Positions 1-6,168 of a DNA stretch of 7,264 nt are shown here, in pieces. The DNA is taken from contig JAIXNB010000038.1 of NCBI GenBank assembly GCA_020697515.1, forward strand, positions 1 to 7,264, given 5' to 3'. The stretch is from Nanobdellota archaeon. GTDB lineage: Archaea > Nanobdellota > Nanobdellia > Nanobdellales > Nanobdellaceae. The position numbers and the translations under genes were made by a program. The stretch's first letter is position 1; every line of letters starts with the position of its first letter. Under the pieces are notes generated by a model. The model saw nothing but the letters and a program-made list of their open reading frames with translations, was not told the origin of the DNA and made no database searches.

Positions 1-2
1 AA

Positions 3-245
3 AGAGAAGTTGATTTCGTAATAAAAGAAGGGCCAAGGATTAAGCAATTAATTCAAGTTACTTATGCTTCAGATAGGGATGAAATAGAGCAAAGGGAGAT
101 AAGATCTATAATAAAAGCAAGTGATTTGTTAAAATGTAAAGATCTTTTAGTTATAACTTGGGATTATGAGGGGAGGGAAGAGTTTAAAGGGAAGAGAATT
201 AAGTTTATTCCGTTGTGGAGATGGTTGTTAAAAATTTCTTCATAA
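3..245 (+). CDS. 3' end (window-truncated) of an archaeal AAA+ ATPase of the DUF4143 / COG1373 type
   Basis: The open frame from the window edge (frame 3) reads REVDFVIKEGPRIKQLIQVTYASDRDEIEQREIRSIIKASDLLKCKDLLVITWDYEGREEFKGKRIKFIPLWRWLLKISS and stops at TAA 243-245. From memory, the pattern EVDFV...(I/V)xV(K/T)Y...ITWDxE...I.(F/V)IPLW.WLL is the characteristic C-terminus of this abundant archaeal ATPase family. The ORF is absent from the supplied track because it has no start codon in the window. Confidence 0.6.
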   Translation, partial: REVDFVIKEGPRIKQLIQVTYASDRDEIEQREIRSIIKASDLLKCKDLLVITWDYEGREEFKGKRIKFIPLWRWLLKISS

Positions 246-273
246 AAAATTTTAGTAGATTTGTCTCAATTAG

Positions 274-864
274 TTATACAGCTAATTTTTCTATTAATTT
301 TGTAGCTCTTTTAACTCTTTCATAAAATAGTATATCTGCAACCTTTAGGATATCCTATTTCGTTTAACATCTTCCGGATCATATAAACTGTAATAGAGCC
401 TTTGAAGAAGTAAGTTTCTTCATAATGTATATTATCATCTATATACATACTACATGTTTTTGAACAGCATGTGCTAAAAGCTCATTTAACTCCCCTATTT
501 CTTGACACAAACGTCAAACCCTCCTACTTCTTACCATACATTTCTTCAAACCTTTTTGCAATATCTATACTACATCTATTAAGTATCCCGACAAAATCTA
601 CACAAGCACGTGCATATAATAAACACTCGTTACTAATTTCTTCATATATGTCTCCGTACTTTTTATCGAAAAAATCCTTATTCTTTCCTATAATTTATAC
701 TCTATATCTACAATTGCATGATATTGTTCATGTGCAATAAGACTTTTATCCCAGGAATAAGTGATATTGGTATATATCTTTCTTTCTTCAGGTTCATATA
801 AATCAGGATCATCAATATCATCCACAAACTCTAATTTTTCACACCAACCGAAGCCGATGACTCC
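274..864 (-). pseudogene. Decayed gene remnant of unknown family with multiple frameshifts or stops
   Basis: There is no intact ORF, but minus-strand translation gives protein-like segments in shifting frames. Segment 864..691 reads GVIGFGWCEKLEFVDDIDDPDLYEPEERKIYTNITYSWDKSLIAHEQYHAIVDIEYKL*. Segment 694..527 reads IIGKNKDFFDKKYGDIYEEISNECLLYARACVDFVGILNRCSIDIAKRFEEMYGKK*. These are followed by IGELNELLAHAVQKHVVCI* and AFSTCCSKTCSMYIDDNIHYEETYFFKGSITVYMIRKMLNEIGYPKGCRYTIL* (stop 322..320). The last segment, 354..274, reads DILKVADILFYERVKRATKLIEKLAV*. No start codon is found, and the 5' end of the reading frame dies at a stop at 867..865 inside the GC-rich island. Confidence 0.4.
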
Positions 865-965
865 TTAGTGAGACCGATGCGATGGCAGTTCCCCTAATGA
901 AGAACCCTCGCCCTTCAGGGCGGGGAGGAGGTCAGTAGCTATGTCAGCTATATACAAAACTTTTT
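845..965 (+). ncRNA. Candidate structured small RNA of unassigned class (GC-rich island); boundaries approximate
   Basis: By hand count, 851-935 is 50/85 (59%) G+C, against 9/60 (15%) for 961-1020. A strong hairpin pairs CCUCGCCC (906-913) with GGGCGGGG (918-925) around a UUCA loop, giving 8 bp that include one U908-G923 wobble. That wobble would be a C-A mismatch on the other strand, which favours the + strand. K-turn-flavoured GAUGA (856-860) and AAUGAAGA (896-903) motifs are present. Every minus-strand frame across the island has stops. A hairpin with T-runs follows at 952-974. Confidence 0.35.
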
Positions 966-974
966 GTTTTGTAT
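952..974 (+). terminator. Hairpin with T-runs; possible terminator for the candidate sRNA
   Basis: AUACAAAAC (952-960) and GUUUUGUAU (966-974) form a perfect 9-bp stem around a UUUUU loop (961-965). T5 and T4 runs sit inside it, and archaeal termination generally occurs at oligo-T tracts. The element is symmetric, so it could also serve the opposite strand. Confidence 0.3.
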
Positions 975-1186
975 TATTTATTAATTAGTGAATAACGTCA
1001 AAAGATTATCTATAAAATTAGTTGACTAAGAATGAAAGTAAAATTGTTGGAAAAGGGATAATGGTAAGAAGCTCCAAATATCTTTAGTTTTTAGATCTTT
1101 TTTGTCTGTTAGTCATATAATTTTTATAAGTGAACATTATTCTTAATTAATTATTTTAGATTAATTAAAAAACAATAAATATTGAT

Positions 1187-1999
1187 ATGTTGTACGTTAG
1201 AAAGAAGGATGGCAGGATAGAACCATTTACCAGAGATAAAATTATCTCTACGTGTATGCGTGCAGGAGGAACTTATGATATATGTTGTAAGGTTGCAAAA
1301 GAAATTGAAAAGAAATTTAGTGGAATAATAAATTCCAGATATTTATTAGATTATGTAAGGACTCGTTTAAAGAGATTAGGGTTATATGAAGCATATGTAA
1401 GATACCCTTTAAAGGAGGCTCTATACTCCTTGGATGGAAAAGAGTTTGAGTGGTATATTGCACGTCTTTTAGAGCTAGAAGGATATAGAGTTACTAAAAA
1501 AGATAGTTTAACCGTTCAAGGGAGATGTATAGAACATGAAATAGATATACTTGCTGAGAAAAATAGAACAACGTATATAGTAGAATGCAAACATCATATG
1601 GATTTACAGATATTAACTGATTTAACCGCAGTTATGAAACATTATGCAAGGTTTCTAGATATAAAACACAGATTCAGGAGATCCATCCCAATGGTAGTGA
1701 CCAATACAAAGTTTACTCCTCATGCAATAAGATACTCAAGGTGTGTTGGTATGATCTTAATAGGATGGAATGTCCCGTATAACCACGGGATCAATGCTAT
1801 AATAGAAAAGCATAAGGCATATCCTTTGACACTATTTAACATAGATAAATATTATCGGGATATCTTGAGGGAGCACAAGATTTACACAACACTGGATTTG
1901 TATTATAGATGGGATGAAGCCATAAAGGCATTACCAAGAAGAATAATAGATAGGATTAAAAAATATTTTGAAATTTTATATGGTACTAACAAGTATTAG
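1187..1999 (+). CDS. ATP-cone domain fused to a PD-(D/E)xK restriction-endonuclease-like (Mrr-type) domain
   Basis: This is a 270-aa ORF. The N-terminus YVRKKDGRIEPFTRDKIISTCMRAG...INSRYLLDYVRTRL...YEAYVRY matches the ATP-cone pattern (V.KRDGR.E.F...KI). The middle, FEWYIARLLELEGYRV...HEIDILAEKNRTTYIVECKHH, is the Mrr_cat-type core, with D119 followed by E132-x-K134 as a D...ExK motif. Next, MVVTNTKFTPHAIRYSRCVGMILIGW is the typical Mrr C-terminal region. About 70 aa of tail have no assignment. There is no Shine-Dalgarno. An AT-rich TATA-like stretch at 1161-1170 lies about 22 nt upstream of the ATG, so the transcript may be leaderless. Confidence 0.8.
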   Translation: MLYVRKKDGRIEPFTRDKIISTCMRAGGTYDICCKVAKEIEKKFSGIINSRYLLDYVRTRLKRLGLYEAYVRYPLKEALYSLDGKEFEWYIARLLELEGYRVTKKDSLTVQGRCIEHEIDILAEKNRTTYIVECKHHMDLQILTDLTAVMKHYARFLDIKHRFRRSIPMVVTNTKFTPHAIRYSRCVGMILIGWNVPYNHGINAIIEKHKAYPLTLFNIDKYYRDILREHKIYTTLDLYYRWDEAIKALPRRIIDRIKKYFEILYGTNKY

Positions 2000-2093
2000 C
2001 CACTTCGAAAATTTATATTATGATTATGGTATCAAGATTATATTTATTCTTTAACTATGTTATAAATCAAAAATGTTGATTCCACCACTTAAT

Positions 2094-2103
2094 CGTTATA
2101 AAT
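2094..2103 (+). promoter_or_regulatory. Possible TATA box for the RuBisCO gene
   Basis: CGTTATAAAT lies about 40 nt upstream of the ATG at 2141. This would place a transcription start near 2125 and leave a short 5' UTR containing the SD. The background is AT-rich, so specificity is low. Confidence 0.25.
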
Positions 2104-2132
2104 CGCATCATTAATAAAGAAAGCCGTACATA

Positions 2133-2137
2133 AGGTG
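2133..2137 (+). promoter_or_regulatory. Shine-Dalgarno-like ribosome binding site for rbcL
   Basis: AGGTG ends 3 nt before the ATG at 2141 and is complementary to the conserved archaeal 16S 3' end (..CACCUCC). Confidence 0.5.
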
Positions 2138-2140
2138 TGA

Positions 2141-3559
2141 ATGGTGTATGGGGGGTATAGGTACTTAGATCTAGATTACACACCCTCGGAGGACGACTTT
2201 GTAGTTTTGGCTTGGGTTAAGGGAAAAGTCAAGTTAGAAACCTTGGCTGAGGCATTGGCAGCGGAATCTTCTGTTGGAACGTGGACGGAGGTTAAAACAA
2301 TGAATGAGCATGTATTTAAAAACTATAGGGCTAGAATATTTAAGTTAATTAAGGTAAGCGAAAATGCTGGATTTGTATTTATTGCATATCCTATAGAACA
2401 TTTTGATATAAAGAACCTAGCACAGTTTTGGGCATCTGTTTTGGGAAATGTATTCGGATTGAAAGAATTAGAAGAGTTATATTATTTGGATATAAAAATT
2501 CCCAAGAAATTCCAAAAGCAATTTGACGGTCCATTATTCGGATTAGAAGGTGTTAGAAAATATGTTGGAACAGATAAAACTGGAAGGCCTCATACCGGAA
2601 CAATTGTAAAACCTAAAGTAGGTTTAACACCAAAAGAGTGGGCAGACGTGGCATACAAAGCGTGGGCGAATGGATTGGATCTTGTTAAAGATGATGAAAA
2701 CCTAGTAGATCAGGACTTCTGTAAATGGAAGGAGCGTTTTGATTATGCATTTGACGCACTAGATAAAGCAGAAGCTGAAACTGGTGAGAAGAAGTTATAT
2801 CTAACTAACATAACAGATATTTCGATAGAGAGGATGGTAGAAAGATTAGATTACATAAAAGAACGAGGACATAAACAGGTAATGCTAGATGTGTATATTT
2901 TAGGATTCCCTGCTTTGGACTATATATTAAAAATTACAAAGAAATATAAACTAATAGTTCATGCCCACAGAGCAGGATATGCTGCATGGCATAGAGGTAA
3001 TTTTGGTATAAACTTTGGGATTCTGACAAAGTTCTATAGGTTATTAGGTGTTGATCAGTTGCATATAGGTACTGGAGTTGGGAAGATGGAAGGTGGAACT
3101 TTATTAATAAGAAGGTTCCATGAATTGGCGGAAAAACAAGGAGGGGTAGAGAAACTATATTTGGGATCTCTAGATTTTGAGTTTGCAGAACATATAAAAC
3201 CATTGATGCCGGTAGCTTCTGGTGGGTTAGATCCAGGAAGAGTTGAAGCATTAGTTGTAGTTCATGGATTAAATGTTACAATACAAGCAGGAGGAGGAGT
3301 TCACGGACATCCTAGAGGAACTGAGGCTGGAGCAAGAGCTTTAAGAACCGCTGTGGAGATAGTAGCTAGAGGAGAGAGTATAAAAGAGTATATTGATAAA
3401 TACCCAGAATTGAAAGAAGCTATCGAAAAGTGGGGATATCTTGATCCAGCAAAGTATAAAAGAATTTTAGAATTTGAGAAAGAAAACAAGGACGTATTAG
3501 ATAGAATGGCTACTGAGGGGGGTATTGGTGTTATAAAAGAGGTTATATGGAAAATATAA
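2141..3559 (+). CDS. rbcL: Ribulose-1,5-bisphosphate carboxylase/oxygenase large subunit, archaeal form III type
   Basis: This 472-aa ORF carries the canonical RuBisCO motifs (spinach numbering in brackets). AAESSVGTWT gives E42, T47, W48 [E60, T65, W66]. LGNVFG gives N103 [N123]. GTIVKPKVGL gives K157, K159 [K175, K177]. LVKDDENL gives K183, D185, E186 [K201, D203, E204]. HAHRA gives H276, R277 [H294, R295]. QLHIGTGVGKMEGG gives H308, K315 [H327, K334]. PVASGG gives S360, G361, G362 [S379-G381]. QAGGGVHGHP corresponds to [G403, G404]. There is no small-subunit gene, and the neighbouring deoA and e2b2 fit form III. Confidence 0.95.
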   Translation: MVYGGYRYLDLDYTPSEDDFVVLAWVKGKVKLETLAEALAAESSVGTWTEVKTMNEHVFKNYRARIFKLIKVSENAGFVFIAYPIEHFDIKNLAQFWASVLGNVFGLKELEELYYLDIKIPKKFQKQFDGPLFGLEGVRKYVGTDKTGRPHTGTIVKPKVGLTPKEWADVAYKAWANGLDLVKDDENLVDQDFCKWKERFDYAFDALDKAEAETGEKKLYLTNITDISIERMVERLDYIKERGHKQVMLDVYILGFPALDYILKITKKYKLIVHAHRAGYAAWHRGNFGINFGILTKFYRLLGVDQLHIGTGVGKMEGGTLLIRRFHELAEKQGGVEKLYLGSLDFEFAEHIKPLMPVASGGLDPGRVEALVVVHGLNVTIQAGGGVHGHPRGTEAGARALRTAVEIVARGESIKEYIDKYPELKEAIEKWGYLDPAKYKRILEFEKENKDVLDRMATEGGIGVIKEVIWKI

Positions 3560-3561
3560 GG

Positions 3562-3587
3562 GCCTAGGGCCAGCAAACTTATTTTTT
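3562..3587 (+). terminator. Likely rbcL transcription terminator (short GGCC hairpin followed by a T6 tract)
   Basis: GGCC-UAG-GGCC at 3562-3572 starts 3 nt after the stop codon, and TTTTTT lies at 3582-3587. Oligo-T tracts are the established archaeal termination signal. The hairpin itself is weak (4 bp with a 3-nt loop). Confidence 0.4.
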
Positions 3588-3633
3588 GTCGAATTTATCT
3601 ATAATGATCTATCTAAATTAAGTGTATAAAAAT

Positions 3634-3668
3634 GTTGTAACACTCTATTAGTAAAAAATAGTTACAAC
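3634..3668. promoter_or_regulatory. Interrupted inverted repeat upstream of deoA; candidate operator or RNA hairpin
   Basis: GTTGTAAC (3634-3641) and GTTACAAC (3661-3668) are perfect reverse complements. An inner arm pairs CTATT (3645-3649) with AATAG (3657-3661, sharing G3661 with the outer arm), so at most 12 bp can form at once. ACT is a left-side bulge and AGTAAAA is the centre. The element lies 80-115 nt upstream of the deoA ATG. Confidence 0.3.
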
Positions 3669-3716
3669 CGAAGGTCCTATTCTTTAGAGTCAGATCTGTT
3701 AACTGCTCATGCATCA

Positions 3717-3728
3717 TTATTAAATATT
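3717..3728 (+). promoter_or_regulatory. Possible TATA box for a leaderless deoA-e2b2 transcript
   Basis: TTATTAAATATT is centred about 26 nt upstream of the ATG at 3748, which is the typical archaeal TATA-to-start-site spacing. There is no SD before that ATG. Both points fit a leaderless mRNA. The background is AT-rich, so this is weak evidence. Confidence 0.3.
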
Positions 3729-3747
3729 GACGATATATTTTCTATTA

Positions 3748-5247
3748 ATGTTTAAAGTCAGAAAACTACCAATTCATGCCGGGATAAATATAGCAGTTCT
3801 TAATCCGAAGGATGCACGGAAGCTTGGGGTAAATGTTTCCGATAGAATATTAATCAAAAAAGAAGATATCTCTAGAGTAGCGGTAGTTGATTTTGATGCA
3901 ACTGGATCTATAATAAAAGAGGGTGAAGTTGGTATATTTCATGATATTGAGGAATTCTCTGATGGTGAACGAGTAGAAATATTACCTTACTCTTTACCAG
4001 AATCTGTTAGATATATCCGAAAAAAACAAAGAGGACTCGAATTAACAGAGTATGAAATAAAAAAGGTGGTAGAGGATGTTTACTATGATAGACTCCTTCC
4101 AATTGAAATAGCATCTTATTTAACAGCAATACAGGCAGTTGGTATGTCAATAAATGAGATAATATCTCTAACAAAAGCTATGGTGGAGATAGGAAAACAA
4201 ATAGAATGGCCTAAAGACTGGATAGTGGTAGATAAGCATTCCATAGGAGGAATCCCAAACAATCGAACTACACCCATAGTAGTACCTATAGTTGCCGCTC
4301 TAGGTTTGAAAATACCAAAAACATCATCAAGAGCCATAACATCTCCAGCTGGAACTGCTGATGTTATAGAAGTCTTAGCTCCAGTTGAATTCGATATTGA
4401 TGAAATCAAAGAGATAGTCTCAAAAGTTAATGGATGTATGGTTTGGGGCGGGGCTCTAGACATCTCGCCTGTAGATGATAAGTTAATTAGAATAGAGCGT
4501 TCATTAGGACTTGATCCAGAAGGTCAAGTAGTAGCTTCGGTTTTATCAAAAAAGAAAGCTATGGGAAGTAAGTATGTTATCATAGATATTCCTTATGGTG
4601 AGCATGCTAAAGTTAAAACGCTTGATAAAGCGGAGCTAATGGCATTTAAGTTTAAAAAAGTTGGAGAATCTCTTGGGATGAAAATAAAAGCAGTTATAAC
4701 AAATGGTTTCCAACCCATAGGAAATGGGGTGGGTCCGGTTTTGGAGATAATAGATTTGCTAAAAATACTTAGGAATGAGAGGGATGCTCCAAAGGATCTT
4801 AAGGAGAAGGGGGTAGAGCTTGCAGGTAAGTTGTTGGAACTTGTAGGTAGGGGCGACTATAATACTGCTAGAGCTGTTTTGGAAAGTGGAAAAGCTTTTG
4901 AGAAATTTAAAGAAATTATAGAAGAACAAGGAGGAAGCGTTGATAGAGATTTATATTCTATGCTTGGACAATATACATATGATGTTGTATCTCCTGTAGA
5001 TGGATATGTAGAAAAAATAATAAATACTTATGTTGCACAAGCTGCTAGACTCTTGGGAGCTCCGGAATACAAAGGAGTGGGTCTATATTTATTTAAGAAA
5101 GTGGGATATAAAGTAAAGAAGGGAGAAAAACTGCTTAGAATTTATGCTACTTCCGAATCTAAGTTAGATCTAGTATTAGATTACCTGAAATCAAATTTCC
5201 CATATATAATTAGGAGCAGGATGAAGTTTATAATCAATGAAATTTAA
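3748..5247 (+). CDS. deoA: AMP phosphorylase (archaeal thymidine-phosphorylase-family enzyme with an N-terminal extra domain)
   Basis: The track ORF starts at a TTG (3727), but the ATG at 3748 gives MFKVRKLPIHAGINIAVLNPKDARKLGV.... From memory, this aligns with the N-terminus of characterised Thermococcus AMP phosphorylase (M.AKVR.L.I..G....INPKDA). Family motifs are present: HSIGGIPNNRTTPIVVPIVAALGLKIPKTSSRAITSPAGTADVIEVL, VWGGALDISPVDDKLI, SVLSKKKAMGS and EEQGG. The extra domain of about 85 aa before the phosphorylase core distinguishes AMP phosphorylase from ordinary thymidine phosphorylase. Confidence 0.92.
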   Translation: MFKVRKLPIHAGINIAVLNPKDARKLGVNVSDRILIKKEDISRVAVVDFDATGSIIKEGEVGIFHDIEEFSDGERVEILPYSLPESVRYIRKKQRGLELTEYEIKKVVEDVYYDRLLPIEIASYLTAIQAVGMSINEIISLTKAMVEIGKQIEWPKDWIVVDKHSIGGIPNNRTTPIVVPIVAALGLKIPKTSSRAITSPAGTADVIEVLAPVEFDIDEIKEIVSKVNGCMVWGGALDISPVDDKLIRIERSLGLDPEGQVVASVLSKKKAMGSKYVIIDIPYGEHAKVKTLDKAELMAFKFKKVGESLGMKIKAVITNGFQPIGNGVGPVLEIIDLLKILRNERDAPKDLKEKGVELAGKLLELVGRGDYNTARAVLESGKAFEKFKEIIEEQGGSVDRDLYSMLGQYTYDVVSPVDGYVEKIINTYVAQAARLLGAPEYKGVGLYLFKKVGYKVKKGEKLLRIYATSESKLDLVLDYLKSNFPYIIRSRMKFIINEI

Positions 5248-5253
5248 AGTATT

Positions 5254-6168
5254 ATGCTTCCCACGGTTATCTTATTAGAGAAAATTAAAGATATTACAGA
5301 TAACAATGAAATAATTAAAATAGCAGTTGATATTAATAATCTAAAAATCCAGGGGGCAAAAGAAGTAGCCTTAGAATCGATACATGCCTTAGAAATTTAT
5401 TACTCTGAGAAAGGGTTCGATGAGGGATTTTTCAAATTATTAAATCTTCTACAAAATTTAAGACCCACTCAAGTAATAACATACAATGTTCTGAATATAA
5501 TTAAGAAGTCTATCGGCAAAAAAGGAAGTAGTATCTTTACAATTTTAAAATCTAGGTTGATATCAGCCCAAGAGAAGATAAATAAAAATCTTTTAACAAA
5601 CATAATAGAACTGGGTAAAAATAGGTTAACGATAATGACTCATTGTCATAGTTCTGAAGAAATTAGAGCTTTAATCTTTGCGAAGCAATATGGAATAGAC
5701 ATATCAGCATATGTCACTGAAACTAGACCTAAGTATCAAGGAATAAAGACTGCCAAAGAACTTGCAAAAGCAGGAGTAAAAGTTAGATACATAGTAGATT
5801 CTGCGGCTGGTTTCTATATGAAAAAGGTAGATATATCATTATTTGGGTGCGATTCTATAAAGAGAGAAGGAATTATAAATAAAATAGGAACATATATGAT
5901 CTCATTAGTATCCAAAGAACATAATAAAGAGGTGTGGTTCGTTGGAGATATATTGAAAGTTGATTTAAGAAAGGAAGTTATAATAGAGATGCGCGATCCT
6001 ACTGAAATAATAGACCCAGAGCTTTTGCCCGGAGTTAGAATATTAAATCCCGCGTTTGATATAACTCCGTGGAAGCTTGTAGATAAAGTAATTACAGATG
6101 TGGGGACATACAGGAAATTTGTACACCTAAAGAATGAATTCAATAGAGTGATTAATAGTATTATCTGA
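5254..6168 (+). CDS. e2b2: Ribose-1,5-bisphosphate isomerase (eIF-2B alpha/beta/delta-like family)
   Basis: This 304-aa ORF starts 6 nt after the deoA stop. The motifs MTHCHSS, VTETRPKYQG, AKELAKAG, VDSAA, GCDSI, INKIGT, SKEH, EMRDPTE and NPAFDITP match, from memory, the characterised Thermococcus enzyme (THCHS...TETRPK.QG...GADSI...NKIGT...EMRDPTE...NPAFDVTP). This includes the Cys (THCHS) and Asp (xDSI) positions reported as catalytic. Confidence 0.9.
   Translation: MLPTVILLEKIKDITDNNEIIKIAVDINNLKIQGAKEVALESIHALEIYYSEKGFDEGFFKLLNLLQNLRPTQVITYNVLNIIKKSIGKKGSSIFTILKSRLISAQEKINKNLLTNIIELGKNRLTIMTHCHSSEEIRALIFAKQYGIDISAYVTETRPKYQGIKTAKELAKAGVKVRYIVDSAAGFYMKKVDISLFGCDSIKREGIINKIGTYMISLVSKEHNKEVWFVGDILKVDLRKEVIIEMRDPTEIIDPELLPGVRILNPAFDITPWKLVDKVITDVGTYRKFVHLKNEFNRVINSII

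Noticed and set aside
471-740. 89-aa + strand ORF from the track
   Set aside because: The product is low-complexity and rich in Leu, Ser and Ile, with no recognisable motif, no RBS and no promoter logic. It lies antisense to the much more protein-like (though frameshifted) minus-strand remnant, so it is most likely a spurious AT-rich ORF.
861-875. Shared motif CUCCUU(CU)AGUGAGA between the GC island (861-873) and the 3' end of the tRNA intron (6331-6345)
   Set aside because: The match is short. In the intron, the UGAG part is already explained by BHB pairing with CUCA of the anticodon loop. The surrounding sequences do not align, and I cannot assess significance without a search.
841-940. 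GC-rich island as a split-tRNA half, tRNA fragment (att site) or canonical C/D or H/ACA guide
   Set aside because: There is no T-loop (GTTC[AG]AATC), acceptor or anticodon-arm geometry on either strand. The box spacing is wrong for a C/D sRNA: GAUGA to GUGA is only 7 nt apart and there is no CUGA. I could not build a pseudouridylation pocket followed by an ACA tail. It is kept only as an unclassified RNA candidate.
2141-3559. Possibility that the RuBisCO homologue is a form IV RuBisCO-like protein
   Set aside because: The carbamylated Lys motif KDDEN, the KPK motif, the H294/R295, H327/K334, SGG and GGG equivalents, and the N-terminal E/T/W/N residues are all present. The pathway partners deoA and e2b2 are adjacent. 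Only the H298-equivalent differs.
3562-3572. GGCC-UAG-GGCC as a bacterial-style intrinsic terminator stem
   Set aside because: It has only 4 bp and a 3-nt loop. The termination call rests on the downstream T6 tract, not on this hairpin.
2934-3576. Two minus-strand ORFs (2934-3251 and 3301-3576) antisense to rbcL
   Set aside because: Both are fully embedded antisense to a strongly supported RuBisCO gene. Their translations are low-complexity with no motifs, which is the typical shadow-ORF pattern.
4116-4463. Minus-strand 115-aa ORF antisense to deoA
   Set aside because: This is a shadow ORF inside a well-supported gene, and its product is not recognisable.
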